Assembly (NCBI RefSeq): GCF_009914755.1
Contig: NC_060936.1
Length of the DNA: 64,000 bases
Source of the DNA: the human T2T-CHM13v2.0 reference genome, Homo sapiens
Direction: 5' to 3' (one strand)
Shown piece after piece: positions 58,301 to 64,000 of this stretch; the first letter of the stretch is position 1; every line of letters starts with the position of its first letter. A program made the position numbers and the translations under genes. The notes under the pieces were generated by a model that saw only the letters and a program-made list of their open reading frames with translations, did not search any database and was not told the origin of the DNA.

Positions 58301-59688
58301 GCTGCTTAACACTGCTTTAGCTGTGTCCCAGAGATTCTGATATGTGGTCTCTTTGTTCTCATTGGTTTCAAAGAACTTCTTGATTTTTGCCTTAATTTCA
58401 TTATTTACTCAGGAGTCATTCAGGAGCAGATTGTTCAGTTTCCATGAAATTTTGTGGTTTTGAGTGAGTTTCCTAATCCTGAGTTCTAATTTGACTGCAG
58501 TGTGGTCTGCAAGACTGTTTGTTATGATTTCAGTTCTTTTGCATTTGCTGAGGAGTGTTTTACTTTCAATTACATGGTCAATTTTAGAATAAGTGCCATG
58601 TGGCAATGAGAAGAATGTATATTCTGTTGATTTGGGGTAGAGAGTTCTTCAGATGTCTAGTAGTGTGTCCAGAGTTGGTTCCTTCTGGTGGGTTTATGGT
58701 CTCGTTGACTTCAAGAATGGAGCCACGGACCTTCGTGGTGAGTGTTACAGCTCTTAAAGATGGAATGGACCCAAAATGTAAGCAGCAGCGAGATTTATTG
58801 TGAAGAGCAAAAGAACAAAGCTTCCACAGTGTGGAAGTGAGCAGGTTGCCACTGCTGGCTGGGGTGGCCAGCTTTTATTACCCTATTTGTCCCCTCCCAT
58901 GTTCCATTTGAGTCCTATCAGAGTGACCTTTTTTCAATCCTCCTGTGATTGGCTACTTTTAGACCCCTGCTGATTGGTGCATTTTACAGAGCACTGATTG
59001 GTGCATTTTTACAGAGTGCTGATTGGTGCATTTTACAATCCTCTTCATAGCTACAGAGTGCTGATTGGTGCATTTTGCGATTCTCTTGTAAAACAGAAAA
59101 GTTCTCCAAATCCCCACTCGACCCAGGAAGTCCAGATGGCTTCACTTCTCACTAGGTCTGCTTGGTCCACAGCTGAGTTCAAGTCTTGAATATCCTTGTT
59201 AATTTTCTCTCTTGTTGATCTGTCTAATACTGACAGTGGGGTGTTAACGTCTCCCACTATTATTGTGTAGGAGTTTTGGTTTCTTTGTAGGTATCTTAAG
59301 AACTTGTTTTATGAATCTGGGTGCTCCTGTATTGGGTGTACATATATTTAGAATAGTTAGCTCTTCTTGTTGAATTCTTCTCTTTACCATTATGTAATGC
59401 CCCTCTTTGTCTTTTTGATCTTTGTTAGTTTAATATCTGTTTTGTCAGAGACTACGATTGCATGCCCTGGTTTTTTTTTTTTTGCTTTCCATTTGCTTGG
59501 CAAATTTTCCTCCATCCCTTTATTTTGAGCCCATGTGTGTCTTTGCACATAAGATAGGTCTCCTGAATATAACACACACATGGGTCTTGACTCCTTATCC
59601 AATTTCCCAGTATGTGTCTTTCAATTGGGACATTTAGCCCATTTACATTTAAGGTTAACATTATTATGTGTAAATTTGATCCCGTCAC
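55380..59688 (-). pseudogene. L1 ORF2 (endonuclease/reverse transcriptase), frameshifted and interrupted by LTR12
   Basis: Multiple ORF fragments in different frames; the catalytic FADD motif reads FADN. Confidence 0.92.
58664..59151 (-). mobile_element. LTR12 (HERV9) solo LTR, short LTR12F-like variant
   Basis: tgtgtcc.gag..agtgttacagctcttaaag..repeated ctgattggtgc..ggcttcacttctca; 4-bp TSD gtag/ctag; L1 is collinear on both sides. Confidence 0.93.
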
Positions 59689-59754
59689 TATGCTGCTGTT
59701 TGGTTATTTTGCACACTAATTGATGCGGTTTCTTTGTAGTGTCATTGGTTTTAT

Positions 59755-60768
59755 ATTTTGCTGTGTTTTTGCAGTGGCTGGTACTGGTTTTTCCTTTCCA
59801 TATTTAGCATTTCTTTCAGGAGCTCTTGCAGAGCAGGCCTGGCGGTAACAAAATCCCTCAGCGTTTGCTTGTTGGAAAGGATTTTATTTCTCCTTCACTT
59901 ATGAAGCTTAGTTTGGCTAGATATAAAATTCTGGGTTGGAAACTCTTTTCTTTAAGAATGTTGAACATTGGCCCCCAATCTCTTCTGGCTTGTAGAATTT
60001 CAGCTGAGAGGTCTGCTGGTTGTCTGATTGGCTTCTCTTTGGTGACCTGACCTTTCCCTCTGGCTGCCCTTAACAGTTTTTCCTTCATTTTGACCTTGGA
60101 GACTCTGATGATTATGTGTCTTGGAGTTGATCTTCTCATGGAGTATCTTAATGGTATTCTCTGTATTTCCTGAATTTGCATATTGGTGTGTCTTGCCAAG
60201 TTGGGGAAGTTCTCCTGGGTAATATCCTGAAGTGTGTTTTCCACCTTGTTTCCATTCCCCCTGTCTCTTTCTGGTACTCCAATCAATCGTAGGTTTGGTC
60301 TTTTTATGAAGTCCCCTATTTCTTGGAGGCTTTGTTTATTCTTTTTCATTCTTTTTTCTCTATTCTTGTCTGCATGTCTTATTTCAGTAAGGCGGTCTTC
60401 AAACTCTGACATCCTCTCTTCTGCTTGGTTGATTTGGCTGTTGATACTTGTGTATGCTTCACAAAGTTCCTGTGCAGTGTTTTTAAGCTCCATCAGGTCA
60501 TTCATGTTGTTGTCTAAACTGCTTATTCTAGTTAGCAATTCTAACCTTTTATCAAGGTTCTTAGCTTCTTTGCATTGGGTTAGAACATGCTCCTTTAGCT
60601 TATCGTAGTTTTTTATTACCCGTCTTCCAAAGCCTACTTCTGTCAACTTGTTCACCTGATCATCTGCCCAGTTCTGAGCCCTGATGGAGAGATGTTGCAA
60701 TCATTTGGAGGAGAAGAGGCACTCTGGCCTTTTGGGTTTTCAGCATTTTTTCACTGATTCTTTCTCAT
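59755..60768 (-). pseudogene. L1 ORF1p, disrupted at both ends, with a 280-codon open core
   Basis: KRPNLRLIGVPE, QENFPNLAR, TPRHIIIR, LSAEILQARRDWGPMF. Confidence 0.92.
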
Positions 60769-62989
60769 CTTCGTGACTTTGTCTAGTTTCAGTCTTTGAG
60801 GTTGCTAACCCTTGGATGGGGTTTTTGCAGGGGCCTTTTGTTGTTGTTGTTGATGCTGTTGTTGTTGCTTTCTGCTTGTTTGTTTTTCTTTCAAGAGTCA
60901 GGTCCTTCTTCTGTATGGCTGCTGTAGTTTGCTGGGTGTTCACTTCACGGTGAACTTATTAGGCTCCAGTAATCAGATTCGCTCCTGGCCTGAAGATGTC
61001 ACTCAAGGAGGCTGGACAGCAGCAAAGATGGGTGCCTGCTCCTTCTTCTGGGACCTCAGACCTCGAGGAGTACCAGCCTGATGCCAGTAGGATCTCTCCT
61101 GTATAAGGTGTCTGACAACCCCTGTTGGAGGCTCTCACCCAGTTGGGCACTTTAGGGGTACAAAGACAAAATGTAAATTCATTTGTGTGTTGATTTACAT
61201 TAGTAAAACTGTATCTGAAGGGTATTTAAAATTTATTTTTACAAAGTTTTTAAATGGAATTTAGAAACAGCTAAATGTAAAAGATGCTAACAAGCATTGG
61301 TGTTTATACCTTTAAAAACCTGTTAATGAAGTGTTTAGTTTATTTACACTGATATTTTTATGGAATCTAAGTCTAACAAACACTATAATTGTTTACAATG
61401 TGCTAGTGCAAGAATAGGCACGAAGTTAAATAACAGAATAGCATTAAGAAATAGAGCTATGCTTATAATGGCATATAAAATAAGATAAATGTGTTATTTA
61501 ATTGAATAGAGAGAAACATGGACTATGAAATATCAAAGTATGGGAATATTGATTAGCTATTTAAAAAGAAAAAAAGAATCAGCTCTAGTCTTTACTGTAT
61601 TTTTTTATACCAAAATAAGTTTAGATGAATACAAATTGATTTTTTTAAAGAATGAGTATTACTTTTATTAAGCATTTTTTCCTCTCCTTACTGATTTGGA
61701 AGAGAAATTATGCCAAATAAGAACAAAGTTACCTTTGATTCAGGATTTCCTTTGGATACATTAAAAGCTGTCTATAAACCTAATATTGTAAATGGATCAC
61801 TTTTTGTTATATTTATCAAAGGGCAGAGAACTTTTCTTAGCCTAAATTTTAATAATTTGCTGATTAAGAAAATGTAACAAAAGAGGTGGAAAATAATCCT
61901 CAGATAGAACTTTCCCCTGTTTGAAATTACAACATAAAACAAGTAAAATGATTCCTTTTTTAATCTTCCTAATTTCTGAGGGCTCTCTACCTTTTTCTTT
62001 TCTTATTATTTCACAAAGAAACTAGCAGTGTCAAAATGGAACTCCTTCAATATCCCGAGCCAACCTACACCACCAGTGTCAACATGACCCTCTCTTCCCT
62101 CTATCCCCTTACAATAAAGCAAGTATTGACTCAGAATTCCTTTCTACACCAGGCTCTGGCAAATGCCTTTACCCGCCAATGTTATACATTCTTACTTACT
62201 ATTACTTTCTTAATTATTGGGTCAGAGCATCAGCCTTCTATATCCTATTAGGTGTCAGATTTACAAGAGTAGAAACTGTCTTAGGCTTCTTGGTGTAAGG
62301 TACTTACCAGTACCAGATTCAAAACATAAACATGATTGGTGTCAATTGGTTAGATGTTCCTTGGAGCCTAAGTAACTATTTAAAAATAATTGTGCATCAA
62401 TGACTTAATCAGTGTGCAGTTATTTAATTTGCCTTGTATATAACCCAGCAACTATGGAACACAGGTTTATTTTTGGTATCTGTCGTTTATGCCAAGTGAC
62501 ATTTTGACAGGAAGCTATTCCTAATGTAAGGTAGCAGACACCTCTTGCTAAGAAACTTATTCTTGTTACCAGGAAATTATTGCTTGTACTCTTTCGGTTA
62601 AATGTGAGCCTTCAACCTAGCTTCATGTGGTTTGAAAATAATATAAATACAGTTTAAAACCGATATGCCTTAAACTTTTCATTACATAATTCATATTTCC
62701 TCTATTTAAAAACTTTGTTACAATCTTGCCACAAATGCAGGATATTTATTTTCAGTTACCCCCACAAAAGTCAAAGAAAAGATAAAGAAACCTTGTATAT
62801 TTCTCTAGGAAGCTATCCTTGCACAAAATCATGTCCTATTTATATATCTTCTTGACCTTCAGAGATTTATATCTAACAGACAATGAATATCCTCTTGAAT
62901 GACATACATAGAGACACTTCACAAAGAGCAAATAGAACATACGAATCACTGTTTTTCCTATGTATTCTTTCTCTTTTCTTTATCATTTA

Positions 62990-63604
62990 AATATACTAGT
63001 TATTTTCAGCTATACTGTTAGGGATATTTCTGCAATTCCTCCCAATTAATGCAAATAAGTTCCTGACTATTCTTCCTTTTAAATGTCTCTAAAATCAACC
63101 CTCTCCTCCCCAACCTTCTTTTCATTGTCCACCATTTCCTGCTTGGACCACTGGCATAGTCTCTTACTATGTCCCTGCCTGCAATCTCATACTAACTCTA
63201 GAAGGATTTTTCCATCAATAGATTATTCTTCTGCTACATTAGACTAATTTCAGCTCCTTCAATGGGTCTTGCTATGTCACACATTTAAGCCTTCATGCAT
63301 TTGAATCCTTCTGCCTGGCATGCTATTTTTTTCTTTTCTTTTCTTTTTTAACCAGAAAATTATTATCCACTTTTTAGCCCTCTTTAAATTAATGACCTGA
63401 GGTAATTACATCTCACTTTGTATATTACCAGGAACTTGTTCCTTCACTGTATTGCAATGATTTATTCATATCTGACTTTCTTATAAAAATACAAGCTACT
63501 TGGAGCAGAAATACATCACATCTTTACATCCCAGCACCAAGCACAGGGCCTAACACAAAGTAGGCAGACAAATAATGTTTTAAATAAATAAATAAATAAA
63601 TAAA
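62990..63604 (+). mobile_element. L2 relic ending in (TAAA)n
   Basis: ccatttcctgcttggaccactg..catcccagcaccaagcacagggcctaacacaaagtagg..taaataaataaa. Confidence 0.7.
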
Positions 63605-64000
63605 TTCTAACCTCTAAATTTGCAAGAGAACCTCAGATTATTCAATTTTAATTTGGACATATGGTACGTTAACTCTCTAAAATACTGGATCACACAGGTT
63701 AAGCAATAAAGTTAATGAAAGCAAATCGATTCCTCCCCTTGTTTCTCCCTCTCTCACTACCCTCTCCCCTCTTCTTCACCTTCTTTTTTTTTTTTTTTGG
63801 TTCCTTCCCGCTGCATGTTTTATTAAGCACCTACTATGTACTAGGACCTAGAGATACTGCTGAATATTATTTTAGAACACCATTTATTATTTTAATAATA
63901 AAACTACAGATCTGCCATAACCAGAGAAATTAGGTGGACTTTATAAATACTCATACCACCACGGCATACATTTTAGTTATTATTCACTTAAGAGACAAGG

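Larger units (their letters stand above)
55158..61150 (-). mobile_element. Near-full-length L1PA8-like element with a truncated 5'UTR; inactive
   Basis: 3'UTR ttcttctaaaa..gtcctctaagttccctcccc; ORF2 pieces from MTGSN through [16 protein letters not shown] and [10 protein letters not shown]; ORF1 at about 59755-60768. Confidence 0.95.

Noticed and set aside
58960-59080. CRISPR-like spaced repeats (ctgattggtgcatttt)
   Set aside because: Normal LTR12 U3 tandem repeats in eukaryotic DNA
59858-60700. 280-aa ORF as a functional gene or active L1
   Set aside because: It is the L1 ORF1 core lacking its true start and end, and ORF2 is fragmented

Overview
AT-rich, CpG-poor primate (human-like) genomic DNA that is probably intronic or intergenic and is dominated by interspersed repeats. 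It holds 11 Alu-family elements, L1s of many ages (including a near-full-length L1PA8-like copy with a nested LTR12), L2/MIR relics, MaLR and ERV1 LTRs and a duplicated MER5A. I see no cellular protein-coding gene; the ORF-track hits are Alu, L1 or ERV relics or chance ORFs. The most notable feature is at 26252-27018 (minus strand): a polyadenylated, spliced HERV-K(HML-6/HERVK3, LTR3) rec-like (ERVK3-1-like) retrocopy with an open short ORF, fused at its 5' end to the first 88 nt of an Alu. Also notable are a multi-template-switch inversion/duplication scar in an old L1 (32285-33630), a two-LTR MLT1 provirus carrying nested insertions (18056-21132), and a few candidate plus-strand exons. Subfamily names are from recalled consensus features, not a database search.
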